Under the pieces are notes generated by a model, which had not been told where the DNA came from, made no database searches, and was given only the letters and a program-made list of their open reading frames with translations. A DNA stretch of 64,000 bases from Faecalimonas sp. (GTDB lineage: Bacteria; Bacillota; Clostridia; Lachnospirales; Lachnospiraceae): contig JAZRON010000033.1 in NCBI GenBank assembly GCA_045648725.1, positions 5,165 to 69,164 of the forward strand, given 5' to 3'. Every line of letters begins with the position of its first letter. Positions within the stretch are counted from its first letter, which is position 1. A program made the position numbers and the translations under genes. Below, in pieces: positions 9,473 through 19,523 of the stretch.

Positions 9473-10081
9473 ATGATTTCATATATTCGGGGAGAATTAG
9501 TATCAATTGAAGAAGAAAAAGTGGTTGTGGAAGTGAATGGAGTTGGATTTGGTATCTTTATGCCGGCCCAATCTATGAATCTGCTTCCAAGTATTGGCGA
9601 GGAAGTGAAATTGCACACCTATATGAATGTGCGAGAAGATGCCATGCAGTTGTTTGGATTTTTGACAAAAGATGATTTAAAGGTATTCAAACTGGTAATC
9701 GGTGTAAGCGGAATTGGTCCGAAGGGTGGGCTTAGTATCCTGTCACATTTGTCACCGGATGAACTTCGCTTTGCGGTTATGTCTCATGATGCGAAAGTGA
9801 TTTCGGGTGCTCCGGGAATCGGAAAAAAGACGGCAGAAAAATTAATTATCGAGTTAAAAGACAAGTTAAATATGGATGATGTACTAGGAAGAATTTCAGA
9901 CACATCGGACACTACAGTGATTCATGTGTCCAATCAGATACAGACAGAAGCAGTTCAGGCATTGGTTGCTCTTGGGTATGGCAATACAGAAGCATTAAGG
10001 GCTGTTAAGAAGGTAGAAGTTCAGGAAGATGCAACGGTAGAAGAGATATTGAAACAGGCATTAAAATATATTATGTTTTAG
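9473..10081 (+). CDS. ruvA: Holliday junction branch migration protein RuvA
   Basis: VREDAMQLFGF, VSGIGPK and PGIGKKTAEKLIIEL motifs. Confidence 0.96.
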   Translation: MISYIRGELVSIEEEKVVVEVNGVGFGIFMPAQSMNLLPSIGEEVKLHTYMNVREDAMQLFGFLTKDDLKVFKLVIGVSGIGPKGGLSILSHLSPDELRFAVMSHDAKVISGAPGIGKKTAEKLIIELKDKLNMDDVLGRISDTSDTTVIHVSNQIQTEAVQALVALGYGNTEALRAVKKVEVQEDATVEEILKQALKYIMF

Positions 10082-10099
10082 AAGAGATGGGATAGAGTT

Positions 10100-11101
10100 A
10101 TGAAAAAAAGAATTATTACAACTGAGAATCTGGAAGAAGATTTAAAAATAGAAAATCATTTACGTCCACAACTTCTAAAAGACTATATTGGACAAGAAAA
10201 AGCAAAAGAAACTTTAAAAGTATACATTGAGGCAGCAAAATCAAGAAAGGAATCTTTAGACCATGTTCTCTTCTATGGACCACCGGGACTTGGTAAGACA
10301 ACCCTTGCCGGAATTATTGCCAACGAAATGAATGTGAATTTAAAGATTACTTCAGGACCGGCTATTGAAAAGCCGGGTGAGATGGCTGCTATTTTGAATA
10401 ATCTTCAGGAAGGTGATGTCTTGTTTGTTGATGAGATTCATCGTCTGAACCGACAGGTAGAGGAAGTTTTGTATCCGGCCATGGAAGATTTCGCAATTGA
10501 TATTATGATCGGGAAGGGTTCCAGTGCCCGTTCCATTCGCTTAGATTTGCCAAGATTTACCTTGGTTGGTGCCACTACGAGAGCAGGCATGTTGACAGCG
10601 CCTTTGAGAGATCGTTTTGGAGTGGTGCATCGGTTGGAATTTTACACTGAGCAAGAGTTGCAGGCGATTATTATGCGTTCGGCTTCCGTATTGGGCGTGG
10701 AGATAGATACAAAGGGTGCGCTTGAGATTGGAAAACGTTCCAGAGGTACACCGCGTCTGGCGAATCGCCTTTTAAAGCGTGTGAGAGATTTTGCTCAAGT
10801 GAAGTACGATGGTGTGATTACAGAAGAAGTAGCCATGTATGCATTGGATTTGTTAGATGTGGATAAGTTTGGTCTTGACCATGTGGATCGCAATATTCTT
10901 CAGACTATTGCTGTTAAGTTTCAGGGAGGTCCGGTGGGACTTGATACCTTGGCTGCATCTATCGGAGAGGATTCGGGAACCATTGAAGATGTATATGAAC
11001 CGTATCTGATTAAAAATGGGTTTATAAACCGCACACCAAAAGGACGGGTAGTGACTGAACTTACATACCATCATTTGGGAATTCCGTGTGAAGAAGCATA
11101 A
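10100..11101 (+). CDS. ruvB: Holliday junction helicase RuvB
   Basis: [15 protein letters not shown] and RGTPR motifs. Confidence 0.97.
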   Translation: MKKRIITTENLEEDLKIENHLRPQLLKDYIGQEKAKETLKVYIEAAKSRKESLDHVLFYGPPGLGKTTLAGIIANEMNVNLKITSGPAIEKPGEMAAILNNLQEGDVLFVDEIHRLNRQVEEVLYPAMEDFAIDIMIGKGSSARSIRLDLPRFTLVGATTRAGMLTAPLRDRFGVVHRLEFYTEQELQAIIMRSASVLGVEIDTKGALEIGKRSRGTPRLANRLLKRVRDFAQVKYDGVITEEVAMYALDLLDVDKFGLDHVDRNILQTIAVKFQGGPVGLDTLAASIGEDSGTIEDVYEPYLIKNGFINRTPKGRVVTELTYHHLGIPCEEA

Positions 11102-11115
11102 ATGGCAAAAAAGAG

Positions 11116-11144
11116 TTGGTTTTTGTCGAAAGATAGTTTATAAT
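11116..11144 (+). promoter_or_regulatory. Putative sigma-A promoter of zapA
   Basis: TTGGTT-17-TATAAT. Confidence 0.5.
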
Positions 11145-11178
11145 AAATAGATAAAGATGAATGTTTAAGGAGGATCCC

Positions 11179-11589
11179 ATGGCATCTTCGAAAAATTTTA
11201 CAGAAGTATTAATTGGCGGAAAAGTATTTACGCTCAGTGGTTTCGAAAGCGAAGAGTATTTACAAAGGGTATCTACATACCTGAATCATAAAATTACAGA
11301 ATGTTCTAATATAGATGGCTATCGTAGACAAAGTGCGGAGAATAGAAGCACTATATTGGCACTCAATATAGCGGATGACTATTTTAAGGCGAAAAAACAA
11401 GGTGCTGCGTTAGAGCAGGAAGTTCAGCAGAAGGACAAGGAAATGTATGACTTGAAGCATGAACTGATCTCCACACAAATTAAATGTGAAAATTTGGAGC
11501 AGGAATTGGCAAAAATAAAAGAAGAAAAGCAACAATTGCAGATGCAGGTTGTGAAGTTAGATGTAGAAATGAGAAATCGCAGAAGATAG
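11179..11589 (+). CDS. zapA: Cell division protein ZapA family
   Basis: VLIGGKVFTLSG, ESEEYL, ALNIADDY motifs and C-terminal coiled coil; RBS AGGAGG. Confidence 0.85.
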   Translation: MASSKNFTEVLIGGKVFTLSGFESEEYLQRVSTYLNHKITECSNIDGYRRQSAENRSTILALNIADDYFKAKKQGAALEQEVQQKDKEMYDLKHELISTQIKCENLEQELAKIKEEKQQLQMQVVKLDVEMRNRRR

Positions 11590-11612
11590 ACTGTCATGGG
11601 ACAGTCTATTTT
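11586..11612 (+). terminator. Intrinsic terminator after zapA
   Basis: ATAGACTGTC-ATGG-GACAGTCTAT followed by TTT. Confidence 0.7.
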
Positions 11613-11661
11613 GTATGATAGGTAATTCCTTTGTTCTGTGATAGAAATTTGGAGACGATTT

Positions 11662-14046
11662 ATGAAGAAAAAGGTTGAAATCCTGGCACCAGCAGGTTCT
11701 TATGAAAGTTTAAAAGCAGCCATTGCAGCAGGTGCCGATGCGGTGTATATCGGCGGGACTCGATTTGGCGCAAGAGCATATGCGGATAATTTAGACGAAC
11801 AAAGATTGCTTGAAGTGATTGACTATGTTCATCTTCATGGAAGAAAAATTTATTTGACTATTAATACCCTATTAAAAGAAACTGAATTGAAACAAGAACT
11901 GTATGATTATTTACTGCCGTATTATAGACAAGGATTAGATGCAGTAATTGTTCAAGATATGGGAGTTCTTTGCTTTGTAAAAGAATATTTTCCGGATTTG
12001 CCTATACATGCCAGTACTCAGATGACTATTACAGACAAACTGGGGGCAAAGTTTTTAGAAAACCAGGGTGTGGAGCGGATTGTTACTTCCAGAGAGCTGC
12101 ATATTGATGAGATAAAAGAAATTACAGAAAATACAAGTTTGGAGATAGAAAGTTTTGTTCATGGTGCGCTTTGTTATTGTTATTCCGGTCAATGTTTATA
12201 TAGCAGTTTGATTGGTGGAAGAAGTGGTAACCGAGGACAATGCGCACAGCCTTGTCGTTTACCATATAAGGTGCAGGGAGAGAAGGATAGTCAATATATT
12301 CTCAGTCTGAAGGATATGTGTACATTAGAGTATATTCCTGAGTTGGTTGAATCAGGCATTTATTCTTTCAAGATTGAAGGACGTATGAAGAAGCCGGAGT
12401 ATGTTGCACTTGTTACGGCAATGTACCGAAAGTACGTGGATTTGTACTTGGCAGTAGGAAGGGAAAAGTATAAAGTCGACCCTAGAGACAAGGAAAAACT
12501 GATGGATTTGTATAATCGTGGTGGTTCTCATGGTGGTTATTATCATGCAAAGAACGGCAGAGATATGATTTCCATAGATCGTCCGAATCATGCAGGTGTT
12601 CCTGCACTGAAAGTATTAAAATATAATGGAAAGACATTAACGGCAAAAGCAATTACAGATATTGGCGCCGGGGATGTGATTGAACTTCCGGATGGAAAGG
12701 AAAATTATACATTTGCCAAGGATGTCTTAAAAGGTGAGACAATTTCCTTTCCAACACATAAGAAGCAGATATTTGATCGGGATGCAATTTTGAATCGTGT
12801 TCGCAATGAAAGTTTGTTAAAGGAAATAAATGAAACCATTATTCAAAAGAAAGTCAAAGAAAAAATAGATGGGAAATTAATTCTGTCTTCGACAGCGTCT
12901 GCTAAATTTATACTATCTTATGGTGATATTATCATAGAAGTGCAGGGTGATGTGGCGCAGGAGGCCATGAACCAGCCGACAGATGCAACACGTATCGAAA
13001 AACAGATGTGTAAAACGGGAAATACAGAATTTGAATTTGAACGTTTGGACATAGAAGTTCCCGGAAATTTGTTTGTACCGATGCAAAGTTTGAATGACCT
13101 TCGCAGAAGAGGATTGGAAGCTTTGAAGGATGCAATATTAGAACAATATAGAAGAAACGTAGAGCATCCATATGATTGGGCATTGGAGAGACAAGAAAAT
13201 GTAGGTCGGGTGAGAGAAGAAATAAATAGTTTTTATGTTTACGTGGAGCAATTAGAACAGTTTGAGGAAGTAGTCGCAAAAGATTGTGTAAAACGTATCT
13301 ATCTGGATGCAAATGCAATTGACTGTGTTTTCGACAATACAAAGAGCTTAGAGGTCATAGAGCTGGCTCGTTTGCATAAAAAAGAAATCTATTTAGGGCT
13401 GCCTCACATTTTCAGAAGTAATACACGAAAACAGTATGAGACATACTATGACAACCTGGTGGCACAAGGATGGGATGGACTTCTGATTCGAAATTATGAA
13501 AGTTACCAATTCCTTTTAGAAAAAGGATATGAAGGTAATATTGTGACGGATTATAGTTTGTACCAGTTTAATCGATATGCAAAGCAATTTTGGAAGAATG
13601 AGCAGGTGGATTCTTTTACGGCACCACTGGAATTGAATTTCAAAGAATTAAAAGAGGTTGGTTTGGAAAACAGTGAGTTGGTTGTTTATGGACATTTTCC
13701 TATGATGGTGTCTGCTCAATGTATTACCAAGACGACAAAGGGATGTCAAAAACAACCGGGAAGGATTACCTTTAAGGATCGCTATCAAAAAGAGTTTGCT
13801 GCCAAGTGTAATTGTGATTATTGTTATAATGTGATATACAATACAGCGCCCGTGCTTTTGACAGACCAAAAATTAGAGATACAGGAATTGGCACCAAAGG
13901 CTCTCCGGTTACATTTTACAATAGAAGGCAAATCAAAAGTAAAAGAAGTCTTGCGTCTATATGAAGATGTATTTATCAAAGGGGATGTGTTGAAGGAGCC
14001 AAGTATGGAATTTACACGAGGACATTTTAAACGAGGAATTAAGTAG
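11662..14046 (+). CDS. Large U32 family protein (RlhA-like Fe-S RNA hydroxylase with DUF3656-type region)
   Basis: EILAPAGS, GADAVY, FVHGALCYCYSGQC, NRGQCAQPCR and KIEGRMK motifs. Confidence 0.85.
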   Translation: MKKKVEILAPAGSYESLKAAIAAGADAVYIGGTRFGARAYADNLDEQRLLEVIDYVHLHGRKIYLTINTLLKETELKQELYDYLLPYYRQGLDAVIVQDMGVLCFVKEYFPDLPIHASTQMTITDKLGAKFLENQGVERIVTSRELHIDEIKEITENTSLEIESFVHGALCYCYSGQCLYSSLIGGRSGNRGQCAQPCRLPYKVQGEKDSQYILSLKDMCTLEYIPELVESGIYSFKIEGRMKKPEYVALVTAMYRKYVDLYLAVGREKYKVDPRDKEKLMDLYNRGGSHGGYYHAKNGRDMISIDRPNHAGVPALKVLKYNGKTLTAKAITDIGAGDVIELPDGKENYTFAKDVLKGETISFPTHKKQIFDRDAILNRVRNESLLKEINETIIQKKVKEKIDGKLILSSTASAKFILSYGDIIIEVQGDVAQEAMNQPTDATRIEKQMCKTGNTEFEFERLDIEVPGNLFVPMQSLNDLRRRGLEALKDAILEQYRRNVEHPYDWALERQENVGRVREEINSFYVYVEQLEQFEEVVAKDCVKRIYLDANAIDCVFDNTKSLEVIELARLHKKEIYLGLPHIFRSNTRKQYETYYDNLVAQGWDGLLIRNYESYQFLLEKGYEGNIVTDYSLYQFNRYAKQFWKNEQVDSFTAPLELNFKELKEVGLENSELVVYGHFPMMVSAQCITKTTKGCQKQPGRITFKDRYQKEFAAKCNCDYCYNVIYNTAPVLLTDQKLEIQELAPKALRLHFTIEGKSKVKEVLRLYEDVFIKGDVLKEPSMEFTRGHFKRGIK

Positions 14047-14054
14047 GTGATAGT

Positions 14055-15506
14055 TTGGCGAATATTATAGTAGAATGCGCAAAATATCTTATGATTATAT
14101 TGATAACCATATACACATATCAATGCTTTACTGTGTTTGGTTATGAAGATGAAACAGCAAAGAAACACATTTTTCGGAATCAAAACAGACTCATGTTTAT
14201 GATGCATTTTATGGCCTTTGCCGGTATGTATCTAAAGACCGGTGAAGCAAAAATGCTGGCTTTTTATGTGATACAGGTAATCATTCTATTTGCAATTATT
14301 TTGTTATATACACGTATTTATCCGAAGGTATCCCGACTGATTGTCAATAATATGTGTATGCTTCTCGCAATCGGATTTATTATGATTACAAGACTGCAGT
14401 ATAATAAAGCTGTCAAACAAAGTATCATTGTTGCTGTATCGGTTGCATTGAGCCTGATTGTTCCGGTTGTGATACGAAAGGTAAAAAGACTGCCACAACT
14501 TCGAATGGTCTATGGTGGTGTGGGGCTGATTGCATTGGCAGCAGTAGTTGTAGTAGGACAAGTATCGGGTGGCGCAAAGCTGGGGTTTGAAATTGCCGGT
14601 TTTGGAATTCAACCATCAGAATTTGTTAAGATACTGTTTGTATTTTTTGTGGCAGCTAGTTTGCATCGTTCATCAACTTTTAAAGATGTAGTGATAACAA
14701 CCATTGTGGCGGCTTTTCATGTGTTGATTTTGGTGGTTTCCAAAGATTTAGGGGCGGCCTTGATTATTTTTGTTGTATATTTGGTTATGCTTTATGTAGC
14801 TACAAGACAGCCACTCTACATTATTGCAGGTTTAGGTGCAGGAAGTGTGGCGGCTGTGGCAGCGTACTATTTATTTAATCATGTACGTGTGCGTGTACTT
14901 GTGTGGCAGGATCCTTTTGGTTCCTATCATGAAGGGGGATATCAAGTTGCCCAATCCCTGTTTGCAATCGGCACAGGAAGTTGGTTTGGAACCGGATTAT
15001 ACCAGGGAAGAGCAGATGCAATTCCGGTGGCAGATGAGGATTTTATTTTTTCGGCAATCGCTGAGGAAATGGGATTGATTTTCGCCTTGGGCATGATTTT
15101 AATTTGCCTTAGCTGTTATGTGATGTTTTTAAACATCGCCATGAAATTACGAAATCAATTTTATAAGCTGGTTGCCTTGGGCCTTGGAACTTGTTATATA
15201 TTCCAGACATTTATTACAATCGGCGGTGTAACAAAATTTATTCCATCCACAGGTGTCACCCTTCCGTTGGTGAGTTATGGTGGAAGTTCGGTACTTAGTA
15301 CCTTGATTATGTTTGCAATCATTCAGGGACTATATATCTTAAGAGAGGACGAGGAAGAAGATCTTGAAAGGAAAAAAGAAAAACAGAGAGTTTCTGCAGG
15401 AGCGAATGCCAGAACTTCAAATCCTGGACGAAGAGATGCGACAGGAACCGCCAAAAACAAGAAAACGTACCAAGAAAAACAAGGCAAGCAACAAAGAATT
15501 CGCTAG
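14055..15506 (+). CDS. SEDS family (FtsW/RodA/SpoVE) peptidoglycan glycosyltransferase
   Basis: QPSEFVK, KDLG, GYQVAQS, DFIFS and TGVTLPLVSYGGSS motifs; TTG start. Confidence 0.92.
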   Translation: MANIIVECAKYLMIILITIYTYQCFTVFGYEDETAKKHIFRNQNRLMFMMHFMAFAGMYLKTGEAKMLAFYVIQVIILFAIILLYTRIYPKVSRLIVNNMCMLLAIGFIMITRLQYNKAVKQSIIVAVSVALSLIVPVVIRKVKRLPQLRMVYGGVGLIALAAVVVVGQVSGGAKLGFEIAGFGIQPSEFVKILFVFFVAASLHRSSTFKDVVITTIVAAFHVLILVVSKDLGAALIIFVVYLVMLYVATRQPLYIIAGLGAGSVAAVAAYYLFNHVRVRVLVWQDPFGSYHEGGYQVAQSLFAIGTGSWFGTGLYQGRADAIPVADEDFIFSAIAEEMGLIFALGMILICLSCYVMFLNIAMKLRNQFYKLVALGLGTCYIFQTFITIGGVTKFIPSTGVTLPLVSYGGSSVLSTLIMFAIIQGLYILREDEEEDLERKKEKQRVSAGANARTSNPGRRDATGTAKNKKTYQEKQGKQQRIR

Positions 15507-16878
15507 AGTGACTTATTTTTTCGTGGCCTTATTTTTGGTTATGATGGGATATATTGTGTATTTCAACGCAGTGAGAAGCAAAGAAATTATTAATAGTTCT
15601 TATAATGTTCGTCTGGATTCTATGGCTGACAGAGTAGTGCGTGGAAAGATTCTGGACCAGGAAGGAAATGTGTTAGCAGAAACTGTTGTTTCTGAAGATG
15701 GAACAGAAACAAGAAAGTATCCATATGGAGACATGTTTGCCCATGTGGTTGGTTATGATGTCATGGGAAAATCGGGTTTGGAATCAACAGAGAATTTTCA
15801 TTTATTGACTTCTAATGCCTTTTTCTTGGAACGAGTCGTAAAAGAAATCCGGGAAGAAAAGAATATAGGGGATAATATTGTTACAACATTAGACACAAAA
15901 CTACAGAAAAAGGCATATGATGCGCTGGGGAACTACAAAGGTGCCGTTATGGTAATGGAAGCAAGTACCGGTAAAGTATTGGCGATGGTTTCTAAACCAA
16001 CCTTTAATCCCAATTCAATCACAGAAGACTGGGATTGGTTGACTATAGATGAAAATAGTACACTTTTGAATAGGTCTATGCAAGGAGCCTATGCTCCCGG
16101 TTCTATTTTTAAGGTGGTCACAACCTTAGAATATATGCGGGAGAATGCTGCCTATCAAACCTACTCTTATGATTGTAGAGGGGAGATTACCCAAGGTGGT
16201 ACTACCATTCATTGTGCCAACAATCGTGTTCATGGTGAAGAGGATCTGGCGCATTCTTTGGCAAATTCTTGCAATGCGGCTTATTCCAATATAGGTTTGA
16301 CCTTGAAAATAGATTCTTTCCGTGAGACGGCAAAGGGACTATTATTTAACGAAAGATTACCATCTTTGCTCCCTTATTCACAAAGTAAGTTCCAATTGAC
16401 GAAGGACTCTCCGGACAGTGAGGTTATGATGACTGCAATTGGACAGGGGAAAACACAGGTGAGCCCTTATCATATGACACTGCTTACAGCGGCAATTGCA
16501 AATGGTGGTACATTGATGCAGCCATATTTAGTGGATCAAATTACAAACTATTCTGGTACCACTATTACCAAGAATTTGCCGAAAAAATATGGTACACTAA
16601 TGACATCGGAAGAGGCATCCAGATTAAAGGAATATATGTCAGGTGTTGTAGAGTTTGGTACGGGGACTGCTCTTGGTGGAGAAAGTTATACAGTAGCAGG
16701 CAAAACAGGTACAGCAGAATATAGCAGTGACAAAGAAAAGTCACACTCTTGGTTTACCGGATTCTCCAATGTTGACAATCCGGAGTTGGTTATTAGTGTT
16801 GTAGTAGAAAGTGCGGACAAGTCCGGAATGAGTGCGGTATCAGTTGCCAAGCAGGTGTTAAATGCGTACTATTATTAG
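15364..16878 (+). CDS. Class B penicillin-binding transpeptidase (start uncertain)
   Basis: SxxK (GSIFK), SxN (SCN) and KTG motifs; one N-terminal TM helix. Confidence 0.9.
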   Translation: MKGKKKNREFLQERMPELQILDEEMRQEPPKTRKRTKKNKASNKEFARVTYFFVALFLVMMGYIVYFNAVRSKEIINSSYNVRLDSMADRVVRGKILDQEGNVLAETVVSEDGTETRKYPYGDMFAHVVGYDVMGKSGLESTENFHLLTSNAFFLERVVKEIREEKNIGDNIVTTLDTKLQKKAYDALGNYKGAVMVMEASTGKVLAMVSKPTFNPNSITEDWDWLTIDENSTLLNRSMQGAYAPGSIFKVVTTLEYMRENAAYQTYSYDCRGEITQGGTTIHCANNRVHGEEDLAHSLANSCNAAYSNIGLTLKIDSFRETAKGLLFNERLPSLLPYSQSKFQLTKDSPDSEVMMTAIGQGKTQVSPYHMTLLTAAIANGGTLMQPYLVDQITNYSGTTITKNLPKKYGTLMTSEEASRLKEYMSGVVEFGTGTALGGESYTVAGKTGTAEYSSDKEKSHSWFTGFSNVDNPELVISVVVESADKSGMSAVSVAKQVLNAYYY

Positions 16879-16894
16879 AAACTGAGGGATAGAG

Positions 16895-17233
16895 ATGAAA
16901 TATTATCACAATTTATATTTAAGTGAAGGATTTCATGGTAAAAAAGATATAATTATTGAAAAATTAGAACGCAGGCAAATTCAGTTAAACAAATATCTGG
17001 TTGTGCTGACGAAAAGTGACTCCAATCATTTGGAATTTTTCGATTCTGTACTTTTAAAGCAGAATGTATTTCAACAAGAGGAGTTGTTTTTAATCGGAAT
17101 TGCAGATGGATATTATGGTGCACTGGAAATGGTGGAAAAAATTACGCAAGAAGTGTATGATAAAACAAAAGGGACAGATATTCGGTCTTATCTTTTGAAA
17201 ACCCAAAGGGAATATGAAGAAGGAAAAGTATAG
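16895..17233 (+). CDS. Hypothetical protein
   Basis: 112-aa ORF with RBS, tightly packed in the operon. Confidence 0.75.
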   Translation: MKYYHNLYLSEGFHGKKDIIIEKLERRQIQLNKYLVVLTKSDSNHLEFFDSVLLKQNVFQQEELFLIGIADGYYGALEMVEKITQEVYDKTKGTDIRSYLLKTQREYEEGKV

Positions 17234-17241
17234 GTGTTAAG

Positions 17242-18120
17242 ATGCTACATATGTTATTGCTGCTCTTAAAGATAATAGGAATCATTGTCTTGATGATACT
17301 TGGTATTTTGGTATTGTCTGTTTTTGTTGTTCTTTTTGTTCCTCTACGATATCAAGGAGATGCAGTGCTGAAGGATGGTATCGGTAGCCTCAAAGCGCAT
17401 TTAAAGTTTTCATGGTTCTTACATTTGGTTTCCGGACGCATCATCTATGAGAATAAGAAGATGGATTGGCAGGTACGTGTCCTTTGGAAAAAGGTGAATA
17501 CGGGAGAAGAAGAACCCACAAAGACACCACAAAGAAACAAAAAGAATGAAAAGAAACAAGAGGCGAAAACCGAAGAAGCCACTTCCAAAGTAGAAGAAGC
17601 CGCAGACACTATGATAGACAAGGTGGACAAGTTAGAGGAGATAACCTCCAATAAAAAGAATTCTTCAAAAAAAGAATGTCAAAAAAAACATAGATTCTTT
17701 GATAAGATAAAATATACAATTAGAAATATCTGTGATAAAATCAAACTATGGATACAGAATATTGAAAAATGGGAAGCATTTATTACTAATGAAATTCATA
17801 GAGCTTCTTGGAATCGAGTCTTACAGGAAATCACCCGATTTCTTCGGTATATCAGACCGAAGAAGTTGGTGCTGAATTTACACTTTGGATTTGAAGACCC
17901 GTCACTGACGGGAAAGGTATTAGGCGGACTTAGCATGTTGTATCCATTCTATGGAAAGCATATAGACATAACACCTGATTTCGAGAAAAAAGTGTTGGAA
18001 GGAGATGTTTTCCTAAAAGGAACTGTACGAGGTATGCATGCACTCGTTATTGTTTGGAATCTGATTTTTGATAAAAATATAAGAACAACCTATAAAGAAA
18101 TTCAAAAATGGAAAGGCTAA
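17242..18120 (+). CDS. DUF2953/YtfI-like membrane-anchored protein
   Basis: N-terminal TM helix; FGFEDPSLTG and ITPDF motifs; precedes a ytfJ-like gene. Confidence 0.75.
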   Translation: MLHMLLLLLKIIGIIVLMILGILVLSVFVVLFVPLRYQGDAVLKDGIGSLKAHLKFSWFLHLVSGRIIYENKKMDWQVRVLWKKVNTGEEEPTKTPQRNKKNEKKQEAKTEEATSKVEEAADTMIDKVDKLEEITSNKKNSSKKECQKKHRFFDKIKYTIRNICDKIKLWIQNIEKWEAFITNEIHRASWNRVLQEITRFLRYIRPKKLVLNLHFGFEDPSLTGKVLGGLSMLYPFYGKHIDITPDFEKKVLEGDVFLKGTVRGMHALVIVWNLIFDKNIRTTYKEIQKWKG

Positions 18121-18137
18121 GAGCAGGAGGAAGAATC

Positions 18138-18524
18138 ATGGCAAACAACAATTTTAATTCAACAGTAGCAGCGTTATTTCAAGGTATGGATGGTATCGTA
18201 TCATCAAAAACCGTAGTTGGTGATGCAATTCATATTGGAGAGACTATTATTTTACCACTCATTGATGTGTCTTTTGGAATTGGCGCAGGAGCATATAGTG
18301 GAGAGAAACAAGAAAAAGGTGCTGGCGGACTTGGAGGGAAAATGTCACCAAGTGCTGTTCTTGTGATTCAAAATGGAAAAACTAAATTGGTAAATATTAA
18401 GAATCAGGATACAATGACAAAAATATTGGATTTGATTCCGGATGTGATTGATCGTTTTGAATCAAAAAAAGATAAGAAGGTAACAGAACAAGATGTTGCT
18501 GATATGCTAGATAAGGCAGAATAG
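18138..18524 (+). CDS. GerW/YtfJ family sporulation protein
   Basis: KTVVGDAI, IILPLIDVSFG and GGLGGKMSPSAVLVI motifs. Confidence 0.85.
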   Translation: MANNNFNSTVAALFQGMDGIVSSKTVVGDAIHIGETIILPLIDVSFGIGAGAYSGEKQEKGAGGLGGKMSPSAVLVIQNGKTKLVNIKNQDTMTKILDLIPDVIDRFESKKDKKVTEQDVADMLDKAE

Positions 18525-18584
18525 GAATCAAAGACAAGATGTTTGCATATTTTAATATAAACAAGAATGTGTTGGGAGAGTAAT

Positions 18585-18722
18585 ATGCGAAAAGTAATTG
18601 GATTTGCAATGTTTTTTATTGCGATAGGTATGATACTTATGATGCTTCTTTCCAGTACATTTGTTGGTGTTTTGCTTGTAATGGCTTTTCTGCTTTTGGG
18701 ATATAACTTTTTTTGCTGTTAA
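18585..18722 (+). CDS. 45-aa small membrane protein (not in the ORF track)
   Basis: MRKVIGFAMFFIAIGMILMMLLSSTFVGVLLVMAFLLLGYNFFCC; GGGAGAG RBS upstream and terminator downstream. Confidence 0.7.
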   Translation: MRKVIGFAMFFIAIGMILMMLLSSTFVGVLLVMAFLLLGYNFFCC

Positions 18723-18730
18723 AGTGGGCA

Positions 18731-18773
18731 AATAAAAAACGAGATGACATACAAATCATCTCGTTTATTTTTT
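18731..18773. terminator. Bidirectional terminator before rpmB
   Basis: AAACGAGATGA-N8-TCATCTCGTTT with A/T tails. Confidence 0.75.
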
Positions 18774-18782
18774 GCTATTTAA

Positions 18783-18971
18783 TTAAGCACGTTCAACTTT
18801 ACCAGATTTTAAGCAAGAAGTACATACATACATCTTTTTTGCATTTCCATCTGCAGTTTTAACTCTAACTGATTTTACATTTGATTTCCACATTTTTGGT
18901 GTTTTTCTATTAGAGTGACTTACGTTGTTTCCAAAATGAGCACCCTTTTCACAAATAGCACATTTAGCCAT
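18783..18971 (-). CDS. rpmB: 50S ribosomal protein L28
   Basis: MAKCAIC, GNNVSHS and VCTSCLKSGKV motifs. Confidence 0.97.
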   Translation of the reverse strand: MAKCAICEKGAHFGNNVSHSNRKTPKMWKSNVKSVRVKTADGNAKKMYVCTSCLKSGKVERA

Positions 18972-19021
18972 GATTGCACCTCCTAAACATATTCATAGTT
19001 ATACTAGACTCACAACATGAT

Positions 19022-19106
19022 TATATTAGCAGAAAATAAAACAATTTGCAAGCAAAAATTTTAGAAAATTATTATAGTTGTAAAATCTGCAAAAACAGAG
19101 TATAAT
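19022..19106. promoter_or_regulatory. Divergent sigma-A promoters for rpmB and asp23
   Basis: Minus strand TTGCAA-17-TAATAT; plus strand TTGTAA-17-TATAAT (19078-19106). Confidence 0.6.
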
Positions 19107-19146
19107 AAACATGTTATAGTCCATTAAAGAATTTGGAGGAAAAGAT

Positions 19147-19506
19147 ATGAAAGGTAGTATGACTACAGATTTAGGTATTATTACAATTGATCCTGAAGTG
19201 ATTGCAAAATATGCAGGAACAGTAGCCGTAGAATGCTTTGGCATTGTTGGTATGGCAGCAGTAAGTGTAAAAGACGGACTTGTAAAACTGCTGAAGAGAG
19301 AAAGCCTTACACATGGTATCCAAGTGGAAATTTCAGAGGATAATAAACTTACAATTAATTTTCATGTAATTATTGTATATGGAGTTAATATTGCAACAGT
19401 ATGCAACAATTTGGTAAGCAATGTAAAATATAAAGTAGAAGAGTTCACGAATATGGAAGTGGACAAGATTAACATTTACGTTGAAGGCGTAAGAGTGATC
19501 GATTAG
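19147..19506 (+). CDS. Asp23/Gls24 family protein (YloU-like)
   Basis: ECFGIVGMA and VDKINIYVEGV motifs; conserved rpmB/yloU/yloV context. Confidence 0.9.
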   Translation: MKGSMTTDLGIITIDPEVIAKYAGTVAVECFGIVGMAAVSVKDGLVKLLKRESLTHGIQVEISEDNKLTINFHVIIVYGVNIATVCNNLVSNVKYKVEEFTNMEVDKINIYVEGVRVID

Positions 19507-19523
19507 TTAAGGAGGAACTTGTT

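Noticed and set aside
9473-11101. ruvAB without ruvC
   Set aside because: Normal for Firmicutes; RecU is present at 33594.
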